From: Gonapodya sp. JEL0774
Taxonomy: Eukaryota
Direction of reading: 5' to 3'
Assembly: GCA_027604505.1 (NCBI GenBank)
Contig: JADIIX010000012.1
Location: forward strand, 62,001-126,000
Length of the DNA stretch: 64,000 nt
A program made the translations under genes and the position numbers. Below the pieces are notes generated by a model. It did not search any database. It had not been told where the DNA came from and saw nothing but the letters and a program-made list of their open reading frames with translations. This document shows, one piece after another, positions 1 through 14,242 of the stretch (its first letter is position 1; each line of letters opens with the position of its first letter).

Positions 1-299
1 CGCTACAAACTCAACGGACGACGGGGACCCAAGGTTGTACAGGTGTCCAGTGTACAAAAGGTGGGCATATAAGATCGTTGCAACTAATTATCCACTCTAA
101 CGAGGTTTTCCTTTTCGTAGACCTAAACGGACGGACTTGAACTACATTTTTGATGTTGAACTGAAACCTCAGCCGAATCAATCTCCGGACTACTGGGTGC
201 GTTTACACATCATGTCCTTGCTACACTAATTTTTACCCACCAATCAATTCTATCGTACAGATTCTGCGCGGGGTTGGATTGCTGGCAAGCACGAGCTAA
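1..299 (+). CDS. Axonemal dynein heavy chain, extreme C-terminus (DNAH5/8-like outer arm); 5'-partial
   Basis: Exons 1-60, 121-196 and 261-299 (GT-AG introns) splice to ...[49 protein letters not shown]. This matches the dynein C-terminal YxCPVYK..RT..NYI..W.LRGV.LL motif. Confidence 0.85.
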
Positions 300-452
300 A
301 ATGTGACTTCGCGGTTGTAAACCATTACATTTAACTATCATTGTCAAATATTCATTGCATTGTATATATACCCACATTTTGATTGTCACCTAATGTATGT
401 CAAGAGAAGGACTCTTTACTATTTCTCGATTTGCTTTGCCTCTGTATGATCG

Positions 453-1959
453 TCACTCCACTTGCTGGATAGGCGACTTTCTTGGAGTCGCGAGCACGTG
501 ATCGGATCGTAATGGCTCGTATCATTCATCACCTGCAATCGAGCGAAGAGTCCATCACTCATCTATTCAAGCGAGAATCCACGCGGTAGGATTGACAAGA
601 GGGGGCAGATGTTCACGTAAGGTGAATTTGATGAGGGTTCCCAGAAGCGCAAGACACAGAGGACGCCGTTAGTTTGACCACGCCCACGCAAGCCAAAAAC
701 GGAGGGTAAACATAACACTGATATCGAGCTTACCTTCATGTCCAAGATGTTGAGACAGCATGGTTGCTGATCGAGATGGTCACGATACCGACGGAGATCG
801 AAGCCCAAAAACGAACCCTACTGCGGAAATGCATATTATTCGTTCCTTTGCGAAAAAAGAACCATGGGTACCACCCACGATGAGCAATCGGATGGTGGCT
901 TTGTGGCTGACAACGAGAACTGTTTCTCCCGGGTGGAGTTTCGCGATCTTGCGGATGCAAGGGAGGGAGCGGTTAAGCACCTGGGAGGGGTTCACGGAGC
1001 ACATAGAGGTGACCTGAGCGGTATACTAAAGAGTGCTTAAAGGTACGTTTCACGTACGGAGAGACCAGTTTCCCCACCTGGGGGTGCGTCTGAGGAGGTT
1101 GATAGGGGGGGTGGGAAGTGTTTCAGTTTGTTGGTGAGCACGTGCGCTCCCAGGCATTTCTTCGCTCTGAGAAGGTGAATGGCGCTCACATGTAAACGGA
1201 TCACTGTCCCACTCTTTGTACTCCTCAGCGTTGGCAGCTTGGACTTCTGCCCGAGTTTTCTGGGTAAAGTATTGGAAAGGACCAGTCGTCGAAGTGGATG
1301 CGTGATCGAAGGGCCAATGGACCAGTGCCAATGAGTTGGCGGCAATGCGTTAGGTATTGCGGCACCTTGCGAGCCGGAACTGAAAAGTTAAGGATGACTC
1401 ACCCCTTCCTGGGACGCAGAGTAACTGATTTGGTTAAAAACACAACAGAAAATCTGAGATTCGAACAGTCTCCACTCACCCATTTTCCATGATCGATCTC
1501 TTTCAAACCATCCATTACTTGCACAGGCAGGGGGTCAATATCGTTTCTTTCAGAGAGGATGGTTTTGGCAGTAGTTATGCATCGGTCCATTGGCGAGGCA
1601 TATACGGCTGCGATGGAAGTTCCAGCGAGGCGTATTCCGAGAGCTTAATGAAAGCAGTGCGCACATGTTCGAGACAGTTTCTCCCTGTCGCAGGTCGTCA
1701 AGGCACATGTTGAGGAACACACCTTTAGCCTGCGACTTGCCGACATCGCTGAGGGCGACATTCGTGGATCCTGCAAACCTATCTTCTGCCGAAAGTTCAG
1801 TGGCTTCACAATAAAAGAGGGTCCCCGAATACAACATTCAGTGATAGTGATAGGAAGGATGTGAATCCGTAGCCTGTCTGGCCCCAAAACGGCGATGAAT
1901 GCTGGCTAGCAGTAAATACCTCCATGGCGGACGAGGAGAATGCGCGTGCGTGGTGCCAT
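453..1959 (-). CDS. Histidine phosphatase / phosphoglycerate mutase family protein (multi-exon)
   Basis: Spliced motifs: MAPRTRILLVRHG, TELSAEDRFAGSTNVALSDVGKSQA, LKEIDHGKW-EG-KTRAEV, PPGGETG, PGETVLVVSHKATIRLLI, C-terminal LQVMNDTSHY. The RHG and VSH catalytic motifs are both present. Confidence 0.85.
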
Positions 1960-2112
1960 TGTGTCGATTTTGCAAAGGATGTCACTCGAGTGAATTGGAA
2001 AGCCGATCAATTGTTTACGTAAAGATTTATCATGAAAAATTCAATTTCAGATAAGGAGACACACCGAGAAAACATTGCACTCGTGTTTTTTATAATGTTA
2101 CCTGTGGCTTAT

Positions 2113-4252
2113 TTACTTTCGCAACCCCCTCCCTCCCATCCTCCCCAGATGCACTTGATCCACCCCACCAAACAAACTCTTCATCCTATTGAACGTGTTC
2201 CCAGTGGATCTGATGCTCGCCCACTTCTGCCCACCATCACCACCAACTGCCATGGCACTACTGGGTGGCAGCAGATAATGCATATTGTCCGAACCCCTCA
2301 AACTCTGCCCCATGCTTGGAATCACCGAAGTGGACGATCGCCGCTTGTCGGGCCACGAAGATCGCTGACGTTGAAACACGAGTTGAGTTTCTGATGGCCA
2401 GCCGACGGTGTCCACTCGGGGGGGAAGGTTCGGTGATAAGGATGGGCAGTCTCGGATGTCTTGCAAGCCACGTTTATCTCTCTCCCTCTCCCTATCTCGT
2501 TCTTTGTCATTATGCATTCGGAGACTTGTTGCAGGCGATGTTGCAGCCGAAGACTTGCTTGGCGGTGCTGTTGTTGGTGACGATTCCTGGAAACCAAGCG
2601 CGAGCCCAAAGTCAGGTGAGGTGTGTTCCTCTTCTGCAGACTGTTCTTCCGCATTCCTCGCAGTCGGGGATGCTGGCGTGACCGAGATTTCGGGGACGTA
2701 TGCCCAGACGCTACGCTCCCTGTTCGATGCTGGCGACCACGGCCTCTCGCACACGGCCGTTTCGTCATCGTCTGTATCTGAAGATCGATCAACTCGAGCA
2801 CTGAGTGTGCTACGATACGTGGACCGTTTGCTGGTACTAACGCTGGTCTTGCGCGGAGTGGCAGGACCGGAAGGGGGGGAATGCACTGTTGTTGAGGGAG
2901 TATCACACCATGTAGGATCAAGTCCAGTGGTGGCTCTCGTAGCGACTTTGAGATCGACTTGGGACAATTCAGAGGAACCCCCAGTTAGAGCAGTCGGATG
3001 GAAGAGCGTGATTGTGGATGATGGGCAAGGATCGAGAGTGTGAGAATAGGTTTGGCTTTGTGCACCCGAAGCAGAATTGAAGTTGGCGGAGTAAGCAGTT
3101 GTGGTGGCTTTAGGAACCGCCGGTTCGTCAAGATCCAGCTGAAGGCGGACAAGCGAGTCGTGCACATCTTTTGCGTTTCATTTGGTAGCAAAGCGAAATA
3201 AGCGGATACCGGTCCATCAATATTGAAGAGGAAGAAGGAACGGACTGAGGTGACTTCGTACCCACCCCTCCAGTCTTTTGTCCTGTCTCTCCACTCTCTC
3301 CAGCCTTTGAACTTCTCTACAGCAATCTCCGCTCTCTCCCCCCTCACCACGGCCTCTTCAGCGACAGAGACGGCCTCGCGGGCCAGCGAGGTCAGCCGTC
3401 GATGGTCAGATTCCAAAAGGCTATAACGGGCACGAAGCAACTTGAGGTCACTCTCAGCGGCCGCGAGAGACACGGTGAGATTTGTGATCTTAGGATGGTT
3501 GTTGTTAAATGGTGGCTTAGGATATTAACGGGTGAGATGCAACGAAAAGACAAGCTACCAAAACCGACCTCCCCTTCTCTACTCTCTGCTGCTTCTTTCC
3601 ACTTTTCTTCATTTTTCTTAACAGACTTGACCTCCTCCGTGCACCTCTCCATCGCCTCCATTTGTTCATCTGCCCATGCCATCATCTCAACGTCGCGGGA
3701 TTCCAAGAGTTCGAGCCGGGATGACAGATGCGAGATGTTGTCGATAATGGTGGGAAGGTTTGGGAGAATAGGTTGGAGAAGGGAAATACTGTGGATTACG
3801 GGGACAGGTCGGAGAAAGTGTAGCCGGAACAGAGTGCCTTGTCCGACCCGGTGCATTACCCAAGTAGTTTTCTTTCATAGAATTTCTTCATTTCTTTGCG
3901 TTATTTTCTTTTCGTTATCGTCTTTCTCGAATGGCTTTGATCCATTCATCTCATCAAGAAGTCCAAGTTGAACTCAGCCGCCTCACCTCTCTTCGAGAAC
4001 ATCTGCAACTCTCGCAACATCTCCACCTTCATCCTTTCCAGCCCGTTCAGCAGCATCGATTCGGTCCTGAAGCTCCACAACCTCGCTCGCGAGCGATTGA
4101 GACTTCAGCCGCTCTGCTTCGAGCAACAGGTACACGTCGTCTGAAAGCAGGCGCGGTATGAAACTCCTAAAGAGCTTAAGGTTATTAGAAAATAGAAGAG
4201 TACCTCTCTGTTCCTTGAGGTGTTTATATTTTGTTCGAGACACGACCAACAT
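2113..4252 (-). CDS. Hypothetical coiled-coil protein with long Ser/Thr/Pro-rich C-terminus (multi-exon)
   Basis: ORFs 3983-4252, 3392-3856, 2985-3473 and 2113-3165 each carry heptad-like E/K/R/L segments bounded by GT-AG sites. No family recognised. Confidence 0.55.
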
Positions 4253-4578
4253 CGGTTGAAACTGGACTCCAGAGTGAACGCGCCGAGCACCGAAATGAGC
4301 GCACTTCCCACTGCTAGTTGATCAAGGAAACAGAACTTCAACTCGGTCGGATGACAAATATGATGAACAGGACTTGATGAATGGACCCACGATCGTTTGC
4401 GTTGGGACAAAGGCTCGGCTACGGTGGCCCTTGCAGACACGGAAACACCAACCCACTGTCCGAAAAGTCCTGGTGAAGTGCGATGAATTACGTGCATTTG
4501 GTTCTGTTAGTCCACAATGATGCGCACACAACTTAATTATCACAAGCTGGGGCAGTTACATAATAGCCAAGCGCTTTT

Positions 4579-7500
4579 TCAGTCAGCAATTTTTAAACTC
4601 TTCTTATACCTGTAACCCAAAGGTCGTTGTGAGAATTAACTCAAAATGCGCAAAAGCAAACAATGATCTTCAGAACTCACTGTCTAACAATTCCATCCCC
4701 TGATCCCACCTTGCTCTCAAACCGCGACATGTGGCCACCCTCACACACCCACACCTCGTTACAGACAGAGTCCAAAAACCGCTCGTCATGTGAAACAATC
4801 AGCACTCCGCCGTTGAAGTTACGGATTGAGCGCGAGAGAGCCTCAATAGTGTCCATATCCAGATCTGCAAAGGACAGCATATGTTGGAGGATGCGAACGC
4901 CAACGAAGAAGTGTAATGCTTTTGTGGTAAATTACCAGGATGACTTGATACTCACGATTCTATTTCCCAGACAAAAAATCAATGTCGTTCCGGAGTGAAA
5001 AATACCAATTCCAAAGGTGAGACGGCAACCGGTGATGAAACATTTAATTGAAAACTCACGGTCCTACAAACCCAATTGTTAAGTTTCGAGTCAGCTGCGA
5101 ATAAAAGTACATAGTGGCTCAACATTACTCACGGTTCGTCGAGCACCAATACATGGGGTGACTAAGTGAGGATCGACAAACACGACAAACTCAGGCATCA
5201 AAGCTTTGCACCCTCTGACACCACCACAACTTTCCAAACTCACCGTCATGTTTAACCACGCAAACACGACTCTACTCTTTTGCCCTCCACTTAGAGTCCC
5301 CAGAATTTGCAATCCCGTTGGTCCAGTAATCCCAAATTTGCCCAACTGCCTCCGAAACTCTTCTTCAGACCTCCCCGGGAATTTCTTTGCGAGGAATTGG
5401 ACAGGTGTCAGGTTCATTTCCAAAGCATCAACGTGATGCTGCGAGAAATAAGCAATGCGCAGACGGCCGTGCCGTGTGACTAGGCCACTGACGGCTTCGA
5501 CTTCGCCAGTGATGAGTTTCAAAAGTGTGGTTTTACCTAGTGCGAAAAGATGACGAGGGAGCACTGATGCCTCTAGTATTCTTTGCGGCATTCGAGCTAC
5601 CCTTATACCCACCCGCGCCATTAGGGCCGACGACAGCGACCTTCGAATCATTCGACAAATCAAATGTCACATTGTCCAGTATAATCTTGGCATCTGGCGG
5701 CACAGGTCCTCTCGGTATGTTGTAGCCGAACTTCACGCTGTCCATTTTGATGACTGGTGGTGAAAGCTTTTCTGGTTCTTCGAACCGGAAGTAGATGTGC
5801 GAGCCCCCAGAACCGAGACCTTCATCCTCTTCTTTTGTAGGAGGTTCGAGTGGCGGGAGCTTTTCGAGAATCTTGATTTTGCTTTGTGCTTGCGCAGCGC
5901 GGTCTGAGGAGAGTTGGGATCATAGGTTCGCAGTCTAACATTCCGGGCGAACGTTGTTCTTAACTACCCACTAGCGTTGTACCTCCATCGATCGATGAAA
6001 GCCTGTAGATGCTGCCTATACTGTAGCTGAGCCTCGTACTCTCTCACTCTCTGCTTCTTCCTCTCTTCACGAGCGCGAACGAACGTGGAGAAGTCACCCC
6101 GGTAGTGGTCGAGTTTCAGAGAATGCTGGTGAATAATGTCGGTCGCAACGGAATCGAGGAAGGCACCTGGGGATGTGATCAGGAGGCTCATCAGTCAGAA
6201 GGACGTCTCGAATGTCTCATGTCCCGTTGCTCCAAATGAACACGTACGATCGTGACTGACAACCAAAAGCGTAGTAGGCCAGGTTGAGAGGTACTTCTCC
6301 AACCATACGACGGCTGGGAAGTCCAGCTAGCAAAGATGAAGTCCGAACGGTGGTGCCACGGGTCAATTATGTCGTCAATCTCAGGAGTTCCAAAACATTC
6401 TCCCACCATATTTGTAGGTTCGTCCAGGAGCAATACATCAGGCTTCACGAACACTGGGAAGGGAGAGTGCAATACGAGGAAGAATCAGGTAGTGCAGAAA
6501 CACAAGTTTACGGGCCCAACAAATAACGTTGGACGCTATTGTTGAAATGAACTCCACGCAAAGGTTCCAAGACGGGTCAAGCCCACAAACTATTTCAGGA
6601 AGCAACTCACACGCTCTCGCTAGTGCGATTCTCATTCTCCACCCTCCCGAAAAGGTCCTCGTCTGTCTCCTCTGTTGGTCCTTATCGAAACCCAATCCGG
6701 CCAAAATAGCACCAGCTCTTGCTTCAGCACCATCTGCATCAATCGCACTCAGCTGGGCGTACACTTTTGTCAATGCATTAGAGTCTTCGGAGGGAGTGTT
6801 GGTAAGAGTTTCCACTAGAGCCAGGAGGCGCGATCGTTCCGTGTCAGCGGAGAGGACGGCATCGAGGACGGTCGTGGAGTCCCCTGTGATCTGAAAATAT
6901 AAGGAAAGCAAAGACGAACGGTAAGGGACACAAGAACCTCATTCAGAACCCAATCCTCACGTAGGTGGCCGATATAATTGGTATCGCTAGTTTCCCAGCT
7001 CTATGTCGAGTGTAATCTCTAATCCCAGTTTTGCCGTCAACTTCCCAACCCTCTCACGTCTGGTGAACGCAAGTTCGGCAGAACGGCACACGGCTTTACA
7101 CATCCCACCCTGATTCGGGTTTCTTCATTGCACTCACCTCCTGCTCCACATGCAAAACCGACACATTATCCGGTACATATAACTCCTTCGCGCTGATTGC
7201 CCTTAGAAGCGTCGTTTTACCAATACCGTTCCTCCCGACCAAACCATACCTCCTTCCGCCTCCTTCGGCCGTAGCCGAGGCGAGATGAAGTGCGGCACCG
7301 CGGAGAATCGGATGCCCTGCGTAGGAGAGGTCGAAGTCCTCGGCGCGAATATCTTTAGTCCCGTCAGAGGTGCCTGATGATGACCATCACAAACGTGGGC
7401 GATTAGATTACAAATCTCTCTTCGTACTGTTCTACCACTCAACTCACGATTGGGTTGATTCACGATAATCTGAGGAGGAGCTTTGCTATCCCATCCTCCC

Positions 7501-8171
7501 TTCGTCGGGCCCGTTTCACCCTTCCGTTTGAGTTGCTTTGCTGCTTGCTTCGCTTCCTGTTCCTTGAGCTTCTTCTGATCGACGGTGGAGACTTTAGCTC
7601 GCGACGTCTGAGACACCGAATACCGCACGTCCGTGATAGCAGGAGATGCGAGGTCGTGTGTTGCAGACATGGAGTCGGTGTCTGCGAGCCACACAGATTG
7701 GGTGAGCCTCACAAGACCTGGTTCGGCAGCAGACGAGGAAGCGGCGGCTGTGCCATTAGAAGTGTTAGTTGAGTGAGAGGAAGAGGAGTGACCATTCGAG
7801 TAGGTTGACGAGGAGGAAGGGGAGGACGATATGGACGTGCGGTCAAGGAGGGCTGCAAGGCTGGTTCCCGGCCGGGCAAGGTCAACTGCGACCAGGTCCG
7901 CAATTTCCCTGCAAATCATGTCCACATCATCATCTTCACCTCCCGCATCTGCGAGTAACGGGTTGAGAAACTCTGCGATAGCGTCAAGCAGAGGGTTCCG
8001 CGTGAGAGAAGACGTTGAAGAGAGGGAAGATGAAACCGAGTCTGTGAGCGACGCCGTGTCTCCAAAAAACGACAAGATGTACTCGAGAATTGCATCGTCG
8101 AGAAGAGGGGCTGTGCGTTTCACCAGCTCTGAGATGCGCTCGAGCGAGGTCGTTCCAAGCGATGGTGCCAT
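4579..8171 (-). CDS. GCN20: ABC-F family ATPase (GCN20/ABCF3-like)
   Basis: Two ABC domains and no TM segments: YGLVGRNGIGKTT, FSGGWRMRIALA, LLLDEPTNMLD, VVGPNGAG-KTTLLK, LSGGQKSRV, VLVLDEPTNHLD, VLIVSHDERF. Also the linker YEAQLQYRQHLQAFIDRWRYNA. Confidence 0.92.
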
Positions 8172-9136
8172 CGTGGAGAATTGATTCCTCACGGATTAAG
8201 AGCCGGTGAAAAGGAGGACGATCTCACTCAGACGAGGATGTTTACTTCAATCTGCTAACGACTTGGTCTCGATTCAGATCAAATTCCTGATGGGTTCGTT
8301 CCCTTCGTCCAATCGGTCGCAATTACAGTTTCTTTCAAGTTACTGCAACGTCAATCAAAGCTTGCGTAGTGAAAGCCGGGTCGGCGGGGTAGAATTTTCT
8401 TGCCCAGTGTGCTGAGAGGTGTTGGATGGAAAGGGCGAGTGTTTGAGAACAAAATACGCTCAACTCAATCATCTTTGACATGCGAAAGAGAAGCGCTACT
8501 TTTTCATAACCGCGCAGAAATGCATATTTATTGCCCTCCTTTTCCTCTCGTCTTTACGTCATAGTACCTTCAATGGAACTACTTGTCACAAATGACATGA
8601 AGGCTTTACCGACGTAACCCAGCTGAAATCGAGTGGTGGTGGTTGTGCACCACTGCAGTTCGCTTGGACCATAAGAATAACGAACCCCCACTTTCTGAAC
8701 CCTCTCGGGATTTGTTTTCAATCCGAATCACACGCGCTCGCATCAGTCACCGCCATCGGTCTTTGAGGAAAAGGCTACTGTGGTAACTTTATTGGTGCAA
8801 CTGCGGAACGCACACCGCCAAAAGAAACTCCCCAACCACGGTATTCAGAGCTCGGATTCACAGGGCCGTGGATCTTGAGAACTCAAGTGTTCTTTCTTGA
8901 ATTTGATCCGGGCTGACATTGCTTGGAAGAGGACACGAACGACTGTCTTTGGTGAGGAACCGAGGCTCCCTCTTCCGTTGTTGAAGGCCGGACTGAGTGA
9001 ATAGGGCACTAATTCGAGGGTCTCTTGTTAGCGATTGTGAAGACGGCAGTCAGAGTGAACACCAGCGCAGGTTGTTTCTTGGCTCAAACAACTCGCCCTG
9101 CTCAACTGGATATACAGTCCCGTCACAACGTTACAA

Positions 9137-10352
<1,216 letters not shown>

Positions 10353-10608
10353 ACCGTATTCGCATTTACATTTACTGACCGTAGCAGGAACAGAGGTGAC
10401 AGATACCTCGAACACATGAAATCCCATAATCGTTTTGATGTATATAGGCAACACAGCTCATAATCATACTAAATTGCCATTTGAATGTTATGAGGGATAA
10501 CTAGTGGATTAGGCAGGAATACAGTAGCTGTCTAGGTGTGGATTTTTTTGGTGGGGTTGGTTGGCTGAGCTTCTTCTTCTGTTCGCACACGCTTCTTTGA
10601 GAGTGACG

Positions 10609-12629
10609 ATGAGCAGTTCGAAGATGCTCGGACAGGCCGCAAACAGGATGCTGGTACGTATCAGTGCCTCTGCTTGCTCTTCGTGACATTTTCCCCGATC
10701 CAATCCTTCCATCGTGACCCCTCCTTCAATCGATGCTGAACCAACATCGCCATCCTCCACGTTTCGACAACCCCCGACTCTACTCCAACTTCTTATTGGA
10801 AACATGGACTGGTTTTTTTTGTGGACGGCATGTTCGTCCGGCTCGTTCTGGCTATCGAATTCGGAGTACAGGTTCGCCCTCGGGCACCAGTTCTTCAGAA
10901 ATCCATCGCGACGACCGTCGGGAAGTCCGCCAAGGCCCCACTTGTCGCCCCATCGTCCTTCAATGTGTCCGTGCCCTACGCACAGGGGCTCGCTGGTATG
11001 CCCGAGACCAAGGTGCGTCATTCTACTCCGTGTAATGTGCGAACTATGTGCGAACTGCCTCACACGTGTCAATCTTCAGGTTACACGACTACCCAACGGT
11101 TTTACTGTTGCGACCGAAGCGAACCCTAACTTCCAGACTGCCACAGTTGGAGTGTGGATAGACGCTGGATCTCGTTTTGAGAACGCGAAGAACAACGGAA
11201 CAGCACACTTCTTAGAACACATGGCCTTCAAGGTGAGGAAGAGGTAGATTTGTTTCAGGCTTTGATTTTCAATAACCTTGCGTGTTGAAATCCTGACTTC
11301 TTGTGACACAATTGCTTGGTTTTGGTGACTCACATTCCAGGGAACAAAATCGCGCACGCAGACAGACCTGGAGGTTCAAATTGAAAACATGGGGGCACAT
11401 CTAAACGCATACACCTCTCGCGAGCAGACTGTGTATTACGCGAAGACTCTCAAGAGCGATATCCCGAACGCCGTTGGGGTGTTGTCCGACATTCTCCAGA
11501 ACTCGACACTGGAGGAGGGAGCGATCGCAAGGGAGCGTGATGTTATTCTGAGGGAGTACGAGGAGGTACAGAAGCAGAAGGACGAAGTCGTATTTGACGA
11601 ATTGCACAAGATTGCATTCCAGGTGAGTTCGGTTCGGTCTCAAAATATTTTGTCAAATGAAAAAGTATCGAACTATGTGCGACATGGTTGGAATTCAGGA
11701 CTCGTCTCTCGGATTCACAATCCTTGGTTCCACCGAGAACATCAAGAAAATCTCTCGACAAGACCTCGCCGATTATATTGCAACTAATTACACTGCCGAT
11801 CGAATGGTACTCTGCGCTGCCGGCGGTGTCGACCACGATGCTCTCGTCTCTCTGGCTGAGAAACATTTCGGAGGATTGACGTCGTCAGGCAGCCCCGGTA
11901 AGAAGCCATTCACGAAAGCTGGCTTCACTGGCTCTGAAGCCCTTATCCGATATGACGAGCACCCTACGGCCCACGTTGCCATGGCTGTTGAGGGTGTTGG
12001 CTGGACGTCGCCGGACTACTGGCCCCTACTCGTTGCGCAATCCATCATCGGCACGTGGGACAGATCGCTCGGTGCTGCCGCCAATGTCTCGTCCAAGCTC
12101 GCCCAGAAGTTCTACCAGGACAATTTGGCCAACTCGTTCATGTCCTTCAACACCTCCTACTCCGACACCGGCCTCTTTGGGATCTACTTTGTCTCTGAGC
12201 GGAAGTTGGGCTTGGACGATCCTATGCACTGGATTGTTCAAGAATGGATGCGCCTGTGCACCTCTGTGACGGAAGCCGAGGTGTTCCGTGCCAAGAACCA
12301 GCTCAAGACTTCTCTTTTATTGGCTCTTGACGGTACAACCCCTGTTGCTGAGGACATTGGCCGGCAGATGTTGACCTACGGTCGGCGGCTCAACCCATTC
12401 GAAATTGACGCGCTCATTGAGAAGGTGACAGCAGAAGATGTGATGAGAGTCGCCCAAGAGTACATCTACGATAAGGATGTCGCCGTTGTTGGGTACGGTT
12501 GTGTTGAGTCCGTACAAGATTACAACCGCGTAAGTTGTATTATTATTTGTCATTTGCGGGTACTACCTGTCGTGACCGCTGTTGTTTTCTCACCAGGTGC
12601 GCGCTTCCATGAGCAAAATCGGATTTTAG
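10609..12629 (+). CDS. MAS1: Mitochondrial processing peptidase beta subunit (M16B)
   Basis: [39 protein letters not shown] (HxxEH), [46 protein letters not shown]. Start at 10609 or 10624. Confidence 0.93.
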
Positions 12630-12908
12630 ATATTAGCTCAGCAAGCGGGGGTGGAATAAAATCGTTTACAGCACCTGTCAACTTTCATACCTCTACTGAG
12701 TGTTTGTGCAATCATGCTTCTCTCAGTCATGCAGTGGGCTCTGTCTAAGAAAAAAGTTTGGGTGCATGAATTTGTACTTGTGGGAGTGGTGTCATGGTGG
12801 TGGGCGAGGAGCAAAAGCCATGACGGAGGGTCAGATGAAAGTCCGGAGCGGGCAAAATATCTCCCGGAACTAATTGGTTCTTCACCTTCTTCCCTCCCTT
12901 TGCATACA

Positions 12909-14242
12909 ATGTCTTTCGGCAAACGAGTGGCAGTGACGTAAGTAGCAAGATTTAACTATTCCCTCTCTTGACGCCGGTTCTCCGTCGGGAGCATGTGTTC
13001 TCGCCTGCCGATGGTGTTCCAAGGAATTTCCGTTCGATTGGGAAGAGCTCGGTTCGAATCCGATGGATTTCACGAGCTTACTTCTTTTTGAGAGCTCCTC
13101 GTTGTAGACAAGTGACTGATTGGGGCTGCTTGTTTGCTGTGGGCATCACATTCTGTCAACATCATTTCCGTCATTTACAGTTACGGTGATTTCAATGCAG
13201 TTTGATTCGTTGATTGTCTTCGAGTCAGAGTCTCATTTCCCCTATTTCACCGTGGGATGTCTCATGCAGGTACATTTGTGGTGGCGAACTGGGCAAGCAA
13301 CTTCATCCTTTTCCCAGATAAAAAATTAGACGTGAGCGCAAACGGAAGTTATTGCTTGCGACTCCATTTTTCATTCTTATCTTTCGCGCAACGATTTTCT
13401 GGGATTAATTGGTCGCTATAGTATGGTGTTGGAAACAAACTCATCGGCCGACCTGTGAAGAACCTGTAGTGAGTGGTCAGATTAAATTCGAGTCTCCACC
13501 GGAAACTTCGGCCACAAATCACCTTCTGGTTTGCCCTGACTGATGATGTTTTCAAAGTTGGGGGACACGGTTGGAGCACATCACCACGATCTGCTTCCCC
13601 CTGGCGGTGTTGGACCATTTGTCCATCGGCCTTTGGAACAATTATCTCCTCCCTGCTCTTAAAATCAAGCAGCCACTTGGCTGGAGGACAACTCCCACCG
13701 CCTTCATGCTTCATGGGACCACGTAAGAGGCCGGCTGCTCTCCCGGCGGCAAGGAGTCACTCACTCGCAACGCTCCCATGTTAAGCTTTGCTCTCGGTGG
13801 TATAATGACATATGTCTTCTATGACGCATATTTGAGCCCTCTCTATGAAGGTCAGGATCGTTATCAAGTCGCCATGAGCAAACTTTGTGAGTTTCGCTTC
13901 TTGAAGGCGGCAAGGTTTTGGGCGTTCTCCATTGACCTGAAATTATCCTAGACCCCGAGGCGACCGGTGTACAGACTATGTGGGTCCTTGGTGCTGTCGG
14001 TGACGTCGTTCACCGTGTGACGGGAGCGGTACAGCCACACGGAACACCATTGGGGCTCATCGCCCCGACCTTGGCGTTCGTCACCGTCAAAGGGTTCGGA
14101 ATGAAGTGGCCTTGGGTAAGTTTAACTGAACACTTTTGAACGTGAAAGAATGTTGACCAATTTGTAACTCACACAGAACAATGAGAACCTCACCGCATTT
14201 GAAAAAGAGCTGAATGCACCGACGTTGAAGGTGACCATTTAA
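12909..14242 (+). CDS. Uncharacterised ~210-aa probable membrane protein (8 short exons, absent from ORF track)
   Basis: Manual splicing at GT-AG sites gives one continuous frame: MSFGKRVAVTYGTFVVANWASNFILFPDKKLDYGVGNKLIGRPVKNLYWGTRLEHITTICFPLAVLDHLSIGLW...FALGGIMTYVFYDAYL...LIAPTLAFVTVKGFGMKWPWNNENLTAFEKELNAPTLKVTI*. Confidence 0.7.

Noticed and set aside
1374..1402. U12-type branch-point sequence TCCTTAAC on the minus strand
   Set aside because: The flanking donors are GTGAGT (U2 type), not RTATCCTT, and the motif sits at the 5' end of the intron.
13000..13075. tRNA-like T-loop/B-box GGTTCGAATCC within an intron
   Set aside because: Only a 4-bp stem forms; I could not build an acceptor stem, D arm or anticodon arm.
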